The translations under genes were made by a program, and so were the position numbers. The notes under the pieces were generated by a model. It saw nothing but the letters and a program-made list of their open reading frames with translations, ran no database searches and was not told the DNA's origin. 64,000 nucleotides of DNA from a virus: IMG/VR virus record IMGVR_UViG_3300032289_001838, positions 17,590 to 81,589 of that record. One strand, 5' to 3'. Positions 42,106-52,097 of the stretch are shown here, piece after piece. Positions within the stretch are counted from its first letter, which is position 1. Each line of letters begins with the position of its first letter.

Positions 42106-43779
42106 TTAACCCAACGGAGATTTAGGTAAATTTAATAAATCTGTTGATCCTTTTGTGTTAGATGGTCTTGGTATTTTAACCGTTTTGATACGTGGAGTAC
42201 TAGGCGGTTTTGGTATATTTGGCTTAGGCATCCCTTTTTGGACACTAGCTAATTTAGCTGCCGAAGCTCCAACGGCTCCTCCAGTAACAGCCCCAATTGC
42301 AGCACCTTTTCCTCCCCCAACTATTCCTCCTATTCCAGCTCCTAACCCACCACCGGCTAAAACTCCTCCCGTTACACCACCAACAGATAATCCAGCTCCA
42401 AGTGCGGTACCACTTAATCCGCCTATTAATGCTCCTTTACCACCGCCAGCTAATGATCCCACACCGGCTCCAATAGCACCACCTAATATTCCGCCTTTTA
42501 ATCCTTTAACTAAATTAGATGTGGATTCAACCATACCTGTTTTAGCATTTACAAATTTATCATTTCCAGCTATAGATTCGGGACTAAACTTATCTGGAGA
42601 CCAATCTTTACCCAGTCCATCTGGTTTGATTCCTTTTGGATTTAGTTTATCAACAACACTACCAGCTATTCCACCCGTTACCAATCCAGCACCGGCTCCT
42701 ATTAATGCTCCTTTACCACCACCGGCTAATGCTCCAATACCAGCTCCTAAAGCTCCTCCTCCAATTGCACCTTTAACTCCAGATGATAAATTACTAAGTA
42801 CGCCTCCTGCGGATTCTTGAGCACCACCAATTGCACCTTGTGCTTGACCAGCAGCTCCCTCCAATCCACCTTGAGCTTGACCAGCTGCGCCTTGTACTTG
42901 ACTAGTCAATTCACCGGCCGCACTTTGTACTTGAGACGCAGCATTACTTGCTGCGTCTTGCGCTTGTGATGCTGCTTGTTGTGCTGCATTTGCGTCTAAC
43001 CCCTTTACTTCTTGGGACGGTAGTTTTAAATTAGGATTATCTACTACAGGAGCTTTATTTGCTACACCATTAATTGTTTGTGTAGGAGGTCCTGGTAATG
43101 CTGGATCAGGATCAGGTAAAAAGCAATCTGGTACTAGTTTCTTATCAAGTTGACCCGAAGAAACTTTATTTTTAATTTCTTCAGATGCACGTCTTACTGT
43201 TCCCTTGATACTATCAATTTCATTATTATAAAATAACTCAAACGTATATGTATCTTTAACCCATTCCCGATTAAATGCTTGAATATTAAAATATTGCCTA
43301 AACCAGAGTTGTAAATTTGATAGGATTTTATTATTGATAACATCGTATTGTGCTAAACATGGAAGTTTATCTCCAACATATTCTTTAAATGCAGGATATT
43401 TTTCCAAATCGACGAATACATTTGTTTTAGGAGTTCCTCCTGATTTCGGCGTATATGTTTCTGTAAAATAATTTTGAAAAAATTGAAAAGTTCTATCGTA
43501 TTTTTTATAAATTTTAATATACTTATTATCTCCAATTTGTGCATATCCATTATTCAATAATTCAGTGGGACTATAAAATTCATATAACGATTGATAGGAC
43601 TCCGGCTTTATTTTATTATCATCACTAACAGATGTGCCCTGTGGATTTATTTTAAATACTGCCCCCACACCCGTTTTGTATTTGTTAAAATATGGAATTA
43701 TTTCCAAAGAGTTTTTTGGAAAAGTTCTTCCAGTTGCTGGTTGTAAATTGCCAAATATGTCTACTACTTGTAATGCCAT
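42106..43779 (-). CDS. protein with Ala/Gln-rich helix and extended glycine-zipper repeats
   Basis: Repeats GGALGAGIGALAGGGKGALIG (three copies), AQGA repeats. Confidence 0.7.
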   Translation of the reverse strand: MALQVVDIFGNLQPATGRTFPKNSLEIIPYFNKYKTGVGAVFKINPQGTSVSDDNKIKPESYQSLYEFYSPTELLNNGYAQIGDNKYIKIYKKYDRTFQFFQNYFTETYTPKSGGTPKTNVFVDLEKYPAFKEYVGDKLPCLAQYDVINNKILSNLQLWFRQYFNIQAFNREWVKDTYTFELFYNNEIDSIKGTVRRASEEIKNKVSSGQLDKKLVPDCFLPDPDPALPGPPTQTINGVANKAPVVDNPNLKLPSQEVKGLDANAAQQAASQAQDAASNAASQVQSAAGELTSQVQGAAGQAQGGLEGAAGQAQGAIGGAQESAGGVLSNLSSGVKGAIGGGALGAGIGALAGGGKGALIGAGAGLVTGGIAGSVVDKLNPKGIKPDGLGKDWSPDKFSPESIAGNDKFVNAKTGMVESTSNLVKGLKGGILGGAIGAGVGSLAGGGKGALIGGLSGTALGAGLSVGGVTGGVLAGGGLGAGIGGIVGGGKGAAIGAVTGGAVGASAAKLASVQKGMPKPNIPKPPSTPRIKTVKIPRPSNTKGSTDLLNLPKSPLG

Positions 43780-43782
43780 ATA

Positions 43783-45489
43783 TTAATCCTCAAATTCAAA
43801 TTCAACTTGTACTGGACCTTCACGACGATTTCTACCTTTGAAATCACCCACAACTCCAGCTCCTGTAACAGTATTAATCTCTACTGGGTCTTTACATTCA
43901 CCACCACTACCAGGTGGTTTGACTCCATTGCTACCAGGAGCATATCCACCTCCAGTAACAAATACTCGTCTACTTAACGTTTTATGCAAATTATCTCTTA
44001 GTAATTTAAGCTTAATTTGTTGTACTGGTATTTGTGTTTGATCTGGATTTGCATCATTCGTATTTTCCGCATCAATTTTACCAGCATCTACGTGACCGTG
44101 TGGATGTGGATGAACGTGATGATACCAGTGTACGTGATCCAACAACCAATTGCAAAGATCATACATCCAATCTACAGTTGTTTGACCCAACAAAGCAGGT
44201 TCATTAGTTTCACCGTATTGACCCAAAAATATTTGCGGAGCATTTATAGTAGCAGTATTATTTGTAGTGATAACAACCTGATCATTAGCATCAACGGTAT
44301 ATTCACTATCGGTAGTTACAGCATATCGTTTTTTACTAAAGTGTAGGGTCTCTGCAAATCTACTACTTAATATTAATCTATCAGAATTTATTACAATTTG
44401 ATCACGATCTAAAGTGGGAAACTTAAAAGATGTTGATCCTTTAGGATTAAATCGTGGTTGTTCTTCTGTAGGCTTATTTTCACTATTAACCCCAAATATA
44501 CTTTTGTATACTGTTGTTTGCCAAGTACTTAAAGTATTTCCACTGGTAAACTGAATAGTACCACCATCATTATTAATATCTTCATCAATCTGACCTCCGT
44601 AGTTTTTTTCTTTTTCAGTTATAGCAGGTATAGGAGGTAATTTAGGATGTAACTGTTGTGCGGTTTTTTGAGCAATATTACGTTGTCTATTACGTATAGT
44701 TAGTTTAGGATTTCCATATCCACCATCAACTGAATCTTTAAATAGATTTCCGTTTAAAGCATAAGATGGATAAGCACCTTTATCGTTTGAACGATTATCA
44801 TCATACGCACTAAATCTTATAGATTGTCCGAATCTACTTTCTAGTATAGTGTCTCCTTCAAACTGACGAATACTACGTATGAATGGATTACATATAAAAT
44901 AGTTGCCAAAATACCCCGTTTGATTTTGATTAATAAATGCTGGATGACTTACATAACTTTTGCGGCTCTTGGGTTGTAAGTATGCAATTGCACTTTTACC
45001 ATCGTCACTACTAGATTTTTCAGTTATAAATTCTCCATTCGTTCCCAAAAAGTTTAAACGATTAAATGGCTTTGTATAATAATAGTTGTCTCCTATTTTT
45101 ATGACTAAAACGGTTTCGTTTAACAGTGGAAACTGAGTAATAGTGTTGTCTAAAGGAATAGCCCATGGTAGCTTATCATAAGCAGTTTGTTTTTCCTCAC
45201 TTAAAACACGAATTTTAGCTCTTCCAATATAACTAAAGTCAGTATCTGTTGCTACCGGTATTTTGTTATCATAATTCACTGGTATCTGTTGATATCTTAC
45301 GGTTGGAGGAGGCTGTGAATTTTTATCCGTTGAAGTTTTTCCAAAAAACGGATGCTTATCATCTAAAATAATATCAACCACAACCGCCAATTTCAAAAAA
45401 TTAGCATCTACATTACTAATAGATGTATTCATAACAGTTGAAGTGGAAGGATTTAATGACCTAACTATACTTGATACGTTCGTACTCAT
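43783..45489 (-). CDS. baseplate hub/central spike protein (gp5-like, no lysozyme domain evident)
   Basis: OB-fold GRAKIR...WAIPL...PLLNETV; EGDTILESRFGQSIRF; His-rich HVHWYHHVHPHPHGH. Confidence 0.7.
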   Translation of the reverse strand: MSTNVSSIVRSLNPSTSTVMNTSISNVDANFLKLAVVVDIILDDKHPFFGKTSTDKNSQPPPTVRYQQIPVNYDNKIPVATDTDFSYIGRAKIRVLSEEKQTAYDKLPWAIPLDNTITQFPLLNETVLVIKIGDNYYYTKPFNRLNFLGTNGEFITEKSSSDDGKSAIAYLQPKSRKSYVSHPAFINQNQTGYFGNYFICNPFIRSIRQFEGDTILESRFGQSIRFSAYDDNRSNDKGAYPSYALNGNLFKDSVDGGYGNPKLTIRNRQRNIAQKTAQQLHPKLPPIPAITEKEKNYGGQIDEDINNDGGTIQFTSGNTLSTWQTTVYKSIFGVNSENKPTEEQPRFNPKGSTSFKFPTLDRDQIVINSDRLILSSRFAETLHFSKKRYAVTTDSEYTVDANDQVVITTNNTATINAPQIFLGQYGETNEPALLGQTTVDWMYDLCNWLLDHVHWYHHVHPHPHGHVDAGKIDAENTNDANPDQTQIPVQQIKLKLLRDNLHKTLSRRVFVTGGGYAPGSNGVKPPGSGGECKDPVEINTVTGAGVVGDFKGRNRREGPVQVEFEFED

Positions 45490-45830
45490 TATGCTCCTTT
45501 GCTGATGGTAATAACCTCATCCATTAATTGTTTTCTTTCATCTTCACTTAAAATCATAGCTGGTCCTTCTCCAGTAGCTTCACCTTTAGCAACCAATCGT
45601 TGTACCACGGCTGCTAATTTAACTAACTGTTCGTCGTTTTTAATTCCTACATCATAGTAATCTTTGATAAGAGGCACTATGATTACAGCGTCATTTACAG
45701 TTTTAATTAAAGTTCGTAACTCCGAGATCAAAATATCAATTTGATCTTTCTTATTCTCTGAATTTTTCACTATATCTTTACAAAGACCAGAAAAATTCTT
45801 TCCTTTGTAAATTTCAAAATTTAAGTCCAT
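45489..45830 (-). CDS. hypothetical protein
   Basis: 113 aa, preceded by TATTTATA. Confidence 0.7.
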   Translation of the reverse strand: MDLNFEIYKGKNFSGLCKDIVKNSENKKDQIDILISELRTLIKTVNDAVIIVPLIKDYYDVGIKNDEQLVKLAAVVQRLVAKGEATGEGPAMILSEDERKQLMDEVITISKGA

Positions 45831-45845
45831 ATACCTATAAATAGA

Positions 45846-45871
45846 AAAACCACTCCGATTGGAGTGGTTTT
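45846..45871 (-). terminator. intrinsic terminator
   Basis: AAAACCACTCC-GATT-GGAGTGGTTTT. Confidence 0.8.
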
Positions 45872-45887
45872 ATTGATAATTTAGATA

Positions 45888-46871
45888 TTATAATGTTCCT
45901 CTATTACTATAATTTCTCATTACAAGATTTTGATAACTTTTCATCTTGTTGATAACTTTGGTTATTTGTTGGGTTTTACAATTACTCAATTCTCTAATAT
46001 ACAAATATAAAGTTTTTTTGTTGAAGTTTTCTATTCTTTCACAGTTTCTAAATAGTTCAATTACAGCATAAGCGATATTTAGGTCTTTTTGTTTATTAAA
46101 AATCTTAGTTATATTTGATTCCCAGTAATTTACAATCAACTTCATGAATTCTTGAGTCTGAATATCTTTATGATGTGCGTCTTCTGTTTGTAAACAAACT
46201 GATGATTCGCTTGGCGTTTCACTAATATCTACGTGTTGATTAAATCTTTTATAATTGTTATTGTTGTGAAATATTAAATAGTTTTTAGCTACGATACTAA
46301 AATAACTGAATGCTTTTCCTTTTCCAGCTTGAAATTTATGAATATTCGTTACTAAATGTGAAACAGTTTCTTTTTGAATCTCCAATGGACTATTATCAAA
46401 ATAAGTGAATTTAAATGTATTAAATATATTTTCAACCAATTTGTCAAAACTAAATTTGATTTTATTTTCATAAATCATATTGCGTTTGATTTCATCTTCT
46501 TCCGCGTTGTATTCAATGATAGCATCTTCGGTTTTCTTAGAAAAATATATTTTTTCTTTCTTGTTTCTACCACGACGTTTTTTACGTTCTCCGTTAACAT
46601 CAAACGCAGATTCTTCTGTTTCAGAAACGTTATCTGATATATGTTCCATTTGAATTGTTCTTGGAACTTCTATATTGGAAAGAGTCTTAGGAATCTTTTC
46701 CTTTTTTGTAATAACAATATCGATAGTAATTTTAGGTTTTTTTACCGATTTAACCTTCTTTACTACTTTCTTAATTTTTTTAACACTGTCTTTAATAACA
46801 GCGATCTTCTTTATTTTTTTAGAAGGTTTCAATTTTGTTTTTTTCATTAATATCGGTGGGTTTATCATCAT
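45888..46871 (-). CDS. putative phage sigma factor (gp55-like late transcription factor) with Lys-rich N-terminus
   Basis: IHKFQAGKGKAFSYFSIVAKN resembles sigma region 2; C-terminal helix-turn-helix-like segment. Confidence 0.55.
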   Translation of the reverse strand: MMINPPILMKKTKLKPSKKIKKIAVIKDSVKKIKKVVKKVKSVKKPKITIDIVITKKEKIPKTLSNIEVPRTIQMEHISDNVSETEESAFDVNGERKKRRGRNKKEKIYFSKKTEDAIIEYNAEEDEIKRNMIYENKIKFSFDKLVENIFNTFKFTYFDNSPLEIQKETVSHLVTNIHKFQAGKGKAFSYFSIVAKNYLIFHNNNNYKRFNQHVDISETPSESSVCLQTEDAHHKDIQTQEFMKLIVNYWESNITKIFNKQKDLNIAYAVIELFRNCERIENFNKKTLYLYIRELSNCKTQQITKVINKMKSYQNLVMRNYSNRGTL

Positions 46872-47130
46872 CAGTTTGAATTCTTTTATTTGTTAGTTCG
46901 ATGATATTAAGCAAATCAGTAAATAAAAAGCCAACATCATCATCTTTAACAAATATACCCCGTTCATCAACAAATTTCAACTTATTATATGTATTTTTTA
47001 CAAGCAATTTAAAGTTTAATAACCATGACTCCAATTGGTCTATTTGTTCAAAAGACTTTTTCAGAGCCACTAATAAAAAAATATTCAATATTAGTGATGC
47101 CAATAATACTATTAATATAACATATATCAT
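46819..47130 (-). CDS. hypothetical membrane-anchored protein
   Basis: N-terminal hydrophobic helix, 103 aa. Confidence 0.7.
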   Translation of the reverse strand: MIYVILIVLLASLILNIFLLVALKKSFEQIDQLESWLLNFKLLVKNTYNKLKFVDERGIFVKDDDVGFLFTDLLNIIELTNKRIQTDDDKPTDINEKNKIETF

Positions 47131-47279
47131 TATTTTAATTCGTCAAACGTTTCGTCTTCGTCGTTTAAATCAATGTATTCAGTTAAATACTCAATTGATT
47201 CTTCTACTAAGTCCCAATCAGATGAATCGAATCCTCGTTTTAGATTCTTATATAATTTTAAAATTTCTTCTTCGTCCAT
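47130..47279 (-). CDS. small acidic hypothetical protein (49 aa)
   Basis: Read by eye MDEEEILKLYKNLKRGFDSSDWDLVEESIEYLTEYIDLNDEDETFDELK*, TAATG overlap with next gene. Confidence 0.7.
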   Translation of the reverse strand: MDEEEILKLYKNLKRGFDSSDWDLVEESIEYLTEYIDLNDEDETFDELK

Positions 47280-47328
47280 ATACGTGTATTTACATATATA
47301 GTAAAATAAAGAAAAATTATTTTTTTAT

Positions 47329-48312
47329 TTAAAAACTAAACATTCCTCTTGTACCAGTAGATTTTTTTGCAGATTTTTCTATTATTTTCTCCACTATCTT
47401 TTCAACCTCAACAGGCTTTTCCACTATTTTTTCAACCTCAACAGGCTTTTCCACTATTTTTTCCACGATGATTTGTTCAGGTTTATTTTCGGAAACATCC
47501 TTTTTTTCTTGAATACTTTCTGATTTTTCTTCATCGTAAACTCTATTGGAAGAAATGTTATATGCTAATAGTAGTATTACTGCCAATGGATCAAATACTG
47601 CAATTAATACAGCAATAAACCACTTAACAACATTTTGAATCGTTGTACTAAACTGATCAGCTACAAACTTAAAAGTAGTGATATCTTTTTTCTGACTATT
47701 ATCAACTTTTAACTTGAAAATTTCTCCGTCGATTTTTGAAACTTTATCTCCGTATAATTTAGACTTTTCATTTTCAGATTCCAATTGTTTGTTTAAGTCT
47801 CCAATTTGATCATTAATTTGATTTTGTATATTCTGCAATTGAATAGGATTTCTAGCTATTAATGTATTAGTTAACACTTCGGTTAATCTAGATTCTTGAG
47901 AACTTCTCAATGCATAAATTCTTTCAATAGACTTTTTTACAGAGTCCATTTTTAACTTTTCTTCAATTTTTTGAGTTTCTAATGTAGAGATTTTGTTTAC
48001 GGACAATTCTGTTTCTAACGATGACTTTTGAAAAGCAGCTGTTAAAAATCCAAATATACCCAATGAAGTTATACCCATCAAAGCGAATATAGCTACAATC
48101 ATATAAGTCTTCATCAAAACATTAGATTTATTCCAATATCTAAATAACCAAGAAGTTGTTACAAGTTTACCGAGTTCCAAAGAAGATGCCATTACCATAG
48201 CAGCAATAGTTGCGCCAGAGAATAATAGTCCTATACCATATACACTAAAGTAAGCTGCGCATCCAGCTATCAAAAGTGAAGTAAATAGTACCAAATGTTG
48301 AAATTTTATCAT
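47329..48312 (-). CDS. membrane protein with coiled coil and EKIVEKPV repeats
   Basis: Three N-terminal TM segments, coiled coil, TM with FDPLAV, tandem EKIVEKPVEV. Confidence 0.75.
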   Translation of the reverse strand: MIKFQHLVLFTSLLIAGCAAYFSVYGIGLLFSGATIAAMVMASSLELGKLVTTSWLFRYWNKSNVLMKTYMIVAIFALMGITSLGIFGFLTAAFQKSSLETELSVNKISTLETQKIEEKLKMDSVKKSIERIYALRSSQESRLTEVLTNTLIARNPIQLQNIQNQINDQIGDLNKQLESENEKSKLYGDKVSKIDGEIFKLKVDNSQKKDITTFKFVADQFSTTIQNVVKWFIAVLIAVFDPLAVILLLAYNISSNRVYDEEKSESIQEKKDVSENKPEQIIVEKIVEKPVEVEKIVEKPVEVEKIVEKIIEKSAKKSTGTRGMFSF

Positions 48313-48336
48313 ATATATAAATATCTATAAAATAAA

Positions 48337-48362
48337 AACCCCGTTAATTTAATAACGGGGTT
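48337..48362 (-). terminator. intrinsic terminator after hsp20
   Basis: AACCCCGTTA/TAACGGGGTT hairpin, minus-strand U tract. Confidence 0.8.
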
Positions 48363-48386
48363 AATATAACCTTGATTGAATCTTAA

Positions 48387-48869
48387 TTAATCAATCTTTA
48401 CTTTCTTACTCGTCGGTACCGTTGGTTTCAACTTATTAAGAGTGACCGTCAACAAACCATTTTCAAATTTAGCCAATGGTTCGTCTGTATCAATGATATC
48501 ACCCAGTGTAAAACTACGTTTAAAACTACTATGTTTTAATTCTCTGCGAATGTATCTACGATCTTGTAGATCTGTATCTTCTAGTTTTCGAATCTTTTGA
48601 CCACTGATAGTAAGTACGTTTTCTTGTACATCAACCGATACTTCTTCTTTAGACAGACCTGGAATTTCTGCTAAAATTTCTACACGATCATTGTAATCAA
48701 TCACATCTACACGGGGATAACTTTGTTTTTCAAAGAATCCTATACCTAGTTCTTTTGTGATTTCTGGGAATTGTGAAGTGAATACTTCATCAAACAACTT
48801 ATCGAATGGAGTTAAAAACTCATCACGATTTAAATGGCGAAACGCCGGATTGTATCTAATTACTGACAT
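48387..48869 (-). CDS. small heat shock protein (Hsp20/alpha-crystallin)
   Basis: PRVDVID, EIPGLSKEEV, VLTISG, FKRSFTL, AKFENGLL, C-terminal VKI. Confidence 0.93.
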   Translation of the reverse strand: MSVIRYNPAFRHLNRDEFLTPFDKLFDEVFTSQFPEITKELGIGFFEKQSYPRVDVIDYNDRVEILAEIPGLSKEEVSVDVQENVLTISGQKIRKLEDTDLQDRRYIRRELKHSSFKRSFTLGDIIDTDEPLAKFENGLLTVTLNKLKPTVPTSKKVKID

Positions 48870-48968
48870 ATATTTACCTTTCTTTTTTAATAATTCTATT
48901 GAACTTATTAACCTAATAGCCTCACTCGAGCACTATAGTGAATAACACATCTGTGCCATTCAAGAATA

Positions 48969-48997
48969 TATATAAACTAGTTTTTGAAAAATGTCAA
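48969..48997 (-). promoter_or_regulatory. sigma70-like promoter upstream of hsp20
   Basis: TTGACA-17 nt-TATATA. Confidence 0.5.
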
Positions 48998-49004
48998 GAA
49001 AATT

Positions 49005-50183
49005 TCAGAAATAATATGATGCTTTCAAACCAGATACTTGATATCCGTTTCCATCATATCCTCCGCTTAAAACGTTTACACCACATATAAATGATATTGT
49101 ATTAGTAGAACTGATAACCGATGGTACCAATCCAGTGTGTTCCCATCTACATAAACAACTATCATTATCAACAGTTCCTTGCCATTGTTGTAATACATTT
49201 CCTATACCTGTACTTGGTAATATATTGGGACTTGAAGTACCAGCATTGTATTGTTCACTAACTGAAGTTCCCGCGATTATTCCTGTATTGAAATTAATTT
49301 TACCTTCTAAGCTCAGTCCGTTATCGGTTCTTGCATTTGAACTAAGAAATATTTCAAAGTCGTACCAAGTTGCGGAACTAGGTTTAGTTACCGAAACGGT
49401 TATATCAGTTGGAGGTGTGCCTGTGGTTTGAGCCGGTCTGGTATATACATTGAACAGTCTAGCGGGTCCACTAACATAACTAGAACTTATAGCGTAACTA
49501 GCCGTACCATTGAATGATACTTTTTTTCCCGTGCCTTTGAAGTTTGTAATATTATCTATACCTCTAAAAGATCCTGTAACTAAAGATCCATTAGCTCCAA
49601 TAACCTTTCCGTAATGACTACCACTAAAGCTTCCAGAAGCTATAGCATTTTTACTAAAAAGTTTACCATAATTACTCCCACTAAAGCTGCCGCTAGCTGC
49701 AGTATTTTTGCTTAATATTCTACCCCAGTAACTTCCACTGAAACTGCCACTAGCAATCGTATTTACACTCACAATTGAACCTCTAAAACTGCCTGTAGCC
49801 TTTGTATTTTTACTTACTATACTTCCCCAATAACTTCCGCTAAAACTACCTGTAGCATTAGTGTTTTTACTTATTAAACTACCCCAGTGACTTCCGCTAA
49901 AACTGCCTGTAGCTTTAGCATTTTTGCTTATAACTTTTCCCCAATAACTACCACTAAAACTGCCGCTTGATTTTCCCTTAAAACTTCCAGTAAAACTACC
50001 TGAATATGATCCTGTAAGTTTTCCCATGGAAACTTTTAAATCATTAACGGTACTACGTCTTGACCAAAGTAAAGAACCTGATTCCACTGTCAACAATATA
50101 TCGCCACCGTCTAAATTTGAATATCTAACTAGTTGACTTACTTTAATTGGAGTTACACTGACGTTGTTGCATGGTAAAGGCAT
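49005..50183 (-). CDS. putative tail fibre with tandem GSFSGS repeats
   Basis: About 19-aa repeats A(T/S)GSFSGS(Y/H)WG..ISKNT; FNGTASYA motif; N-terminal domain shared with the two upstream genes. Confidence 0.65.
   Translation of the reverse strand: MPLPCNNVSVTPIKVSQLVRYSNLDGGDILLTVESGSLLWSRRSTVNDLKVSMGKLTGSYSGSFTGSFKGKSSGSFSGSYWGKVISKNAKATGSFSGSHWGSLISKNTNATGSFSGSYWGSIVSKNTKATGSFRGSIVSVNTIASGSFSGSYWGRILSKNTAASGSFSGSNYGKLFSKNAIASGSFSGSHYGKVIGANGSLVTGSFRGIDNITNFKGTGKKVSFNGTASYAISSSYVSGPARLFNVYTRPAQTTGTPPTDITVSVTKPSSATWYDFEIFLSSNARTDNGLSLEGKINFNTGIIAGTSVSEQYNAGTSSPNILPSTGIGNVLQQWQGTVDNDSCLCRWEHTGLVPSVISSTNTISFICGVNVLSGGYDGNGYQVSGLKASYYF
49560..50015 (-). repeat. imperfect ~57-nt coding tandem repeat
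   Basis: Recurrent CC(A/G)CTAAA(A/G)CT on + strand encoding GSFSGS units. Confidence 0.8.
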
Positions 50184-50195
50184 ATATAATAAATA

Positions 50196-50540
50196 TTAAA
50201 CGTTTGGATACAATGGTATTTTGTAAGGATTTCCGTTCAAAAATATTGGTAGAAAATTATCATTTAAAAATGTACCAGCGCTAGGAGATATTACCACGGT
50301 AGATCCTGTGAATCCAGAAGTTATATCCAAACTACCTGTAAATGAACCTTTATATGAAGCGTTTACCGATCCAAAGTATGTTATTAAGTTTCCAAATGTA
50401 GCTTTCTTGGAGTAATATACATTATTAACACTATCGTACTGAGAAATAATCAATAGATCATTTGAACTTATAGTCGAAGAAGCCAATTGACTTATTCTCA
50501 AAGTTTTTACATTTAAACTATTACAAGGACTTATTGCCAT
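50196..50540 (-). CDS. small fibre-related protein
   Basis: RISQL...DLLII...SKKAT N-terminal motif shared with neighbours. Confidence 0.6.
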   Translation of the reverse strand: MAISPCNSLNVKTLRISQLASSTISSNDLLIISQYDSVNNVYYSKKATFGNLITYFGSVNASYKGSFTGSLDITSGFTGSTVVISPSAGTFLNDNFLPIFLNGNPYKIPLYPNV

Positions 50541-50564
50541 ATATTATAAGTATACAATAATGTG

Positions 50565-52076
50565 TTATTTCCAAACTCTAATTTTAAATTTCCATTTACT
50601 CTTGTCAATTGCAGGCCATGTACCACCTGTTTTAGCCGGAATGTATAAATCATTTGGGAAACCTGTATTGCCGGCAACAGATACAGCCGCATAAGTTGAA
50701 TTGGTCCATGTTGAAAATATATTTGCATCTAGTTGATTTGATTCTACGACATTTAAATCAACTTCATCACCGGCTACGTATCCTACCCCAGCATCACTAC
50801 TATCACAGTATAAAGTAGCTCTTATTGATGATGGAGATGCGCCTAATCCGTGTGTGATAGCATAACAATAAGTACCAACTCCTCCTTCGTTTGTTCCACC
50901 TACAAAGTCAGCTACTGTGCCGGTACTAGTATTTGCCACGTGTCCAAGTGAACTTACGTAACTTGCAGTAACGGCATGACTGCCAGTACCCCAAAAACTT
51001 ACAAATATATTTCCTTGTTGTTTAAATCCACCAGGACCACCATAAAAACTACTAGTTATTGAATTAGCTGTTAATCTATTATTTACATTAATACTTTTAT
51101 TGTAAATATATAAATCGGATCCAGCTGAATACGTGAATCCAGGAGCATTTTTAATTACGTATGCACTGTTCCACATTGTCATATCATACTGAGATGGAGA
51201 TCCGCTTCTGCTAATAGGATTGGTCCATCCAACATCATAATTAGTATTAGTATTTTTAGCTAATATTTGATATTGATTACCTCCTATTGGCACACCATTT
51301 ATTGCTGATCCACCAGCAGCTGCATAAGCCGCTGTTAGTGCTTGTATAGCATATGAGCTTGTTCCGTAAAAATATGCTGTAGGTACATTCCCGTTTGGAT
51401 TTGCACTGGTACCATTTTCTAATACTTTGTCACCATTTTGGCTATATACATCTCCTCTTATCGAACCTGTTATATTACCTCTGAAACCTATACTAGCGCT
51501 TATTCTCGTTCCTTTTATAGTTGATTCGGATGAATTTCCTATAGACGTACCATCTATAGTTCCACCATTGACATCAATGCTACTAAATGTACTTGTTCCT
51601 ATAGACGTTATATTACCGGAAAACCCGGTAGTAGCAGTTATGGTTGTTCCGTTGATGGTTGTGGCAGATGATGCTCCTATAACGGTACCGTCTATAGTAC
51701 CGCCATTAACATCAATGCTACTAAATGTACTTGTTCCGGTAGACGTTATGTTGCCTGATAAATTTCCAGAAAAACCAGAGGTTGCAATAATCGTATTACC
51801 CGTCAGTGTATTTCTAACCGCAACTGTATAAAAATTAGACGATTTGAAATCTGGATTGTAAAAACTGCCTGTAAATTTATTATTTGTACTAGTGAAGTTT
51901 ACAGTTTTATTAAATGGATTGAAATTATTAGAACTAAGTATTGATCCACTTAAAGATGCATAACTTATTCGTTTGGTAACACCATTTGACTGTAAAAGAA
52001 ATTCATCGCCTCCCATTATAGATGAAGCTACCGGCAACGATGAAATTAACCTTCCGTTATTAGATAAGACTGGCAT
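50565..52076 (-). CDS. putative tail fibre protein
   Basis: Duplicated GNITS.GTSTFSSIDVNGGTIDGT.IG; F.GT.S.A.TA motifs; ITHGLG H-type lectin-like tip. Confidence 0.7.
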   Translation of the reverse strand: MPVLSNNGRLISSLPVASSIMGGDEFLLQSNGVTKRISYASLSGSILSSNNFNPFNKTVNFTSTNNKFTGSFYNPDFKSSNFYTVAVRNTLTGNTIIATSGFSGNLSGNITSTGTSTFSSIDVNGGTIDGTVIGASSATTINGTTITATTGFSGNITSIGTSTFSSIDVNGGTIDGTSIGNSSESTIKGTRISASIGFRGNITGSIRGDVYSQNGDKVLENGTSANPNGNVPTAYFYGTSSYAIQALTAAYAAAGGSAINGVPIGGNQYQILAKNTNTNYDVGWTNPISRSGSPSQYDMTMWNSAYVIKNAPGFTYSAGSDLYIYNKSINVNNRLTANSITSSFYGGPGGFKQQGNIFVSFWGTGSHAVTASYVSSLGHVANTSTGTVADFVGGTNEGGVGTYCYAITHGLGASPSSIRATLYCDSSDAGVGYVAGDEVDLNVVESNQLDANIFSTWTNSTYAAVSVAGNTGFPNDLYIPAKTGGTWPAIDKSKWKFKIRVWK

Positions 52077-52097
52077 AATATTATATAAATATAATTA

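Noticed and set aside
42155-42820. 221-aa Pro-rich plus-strand ORF
   Set aside because: Antisense shadow of the glycine-zipper codons; the same applies to most short plus-strand ORFs in the track
49560-50015. Regularly spaced repeats resembling a CRISPR array
   Set aside because: Degenerate in-frame coding repeats with no unique spacers and no cas genes
51530-51770. Near-duplicate segment in the fibre gene as a possible diversity-generating retroelement TR/VR pair
   Set aside because: Both copies are in frame in the same gene, differences are not adenine-specific, and no reverse transcriptase is in the window
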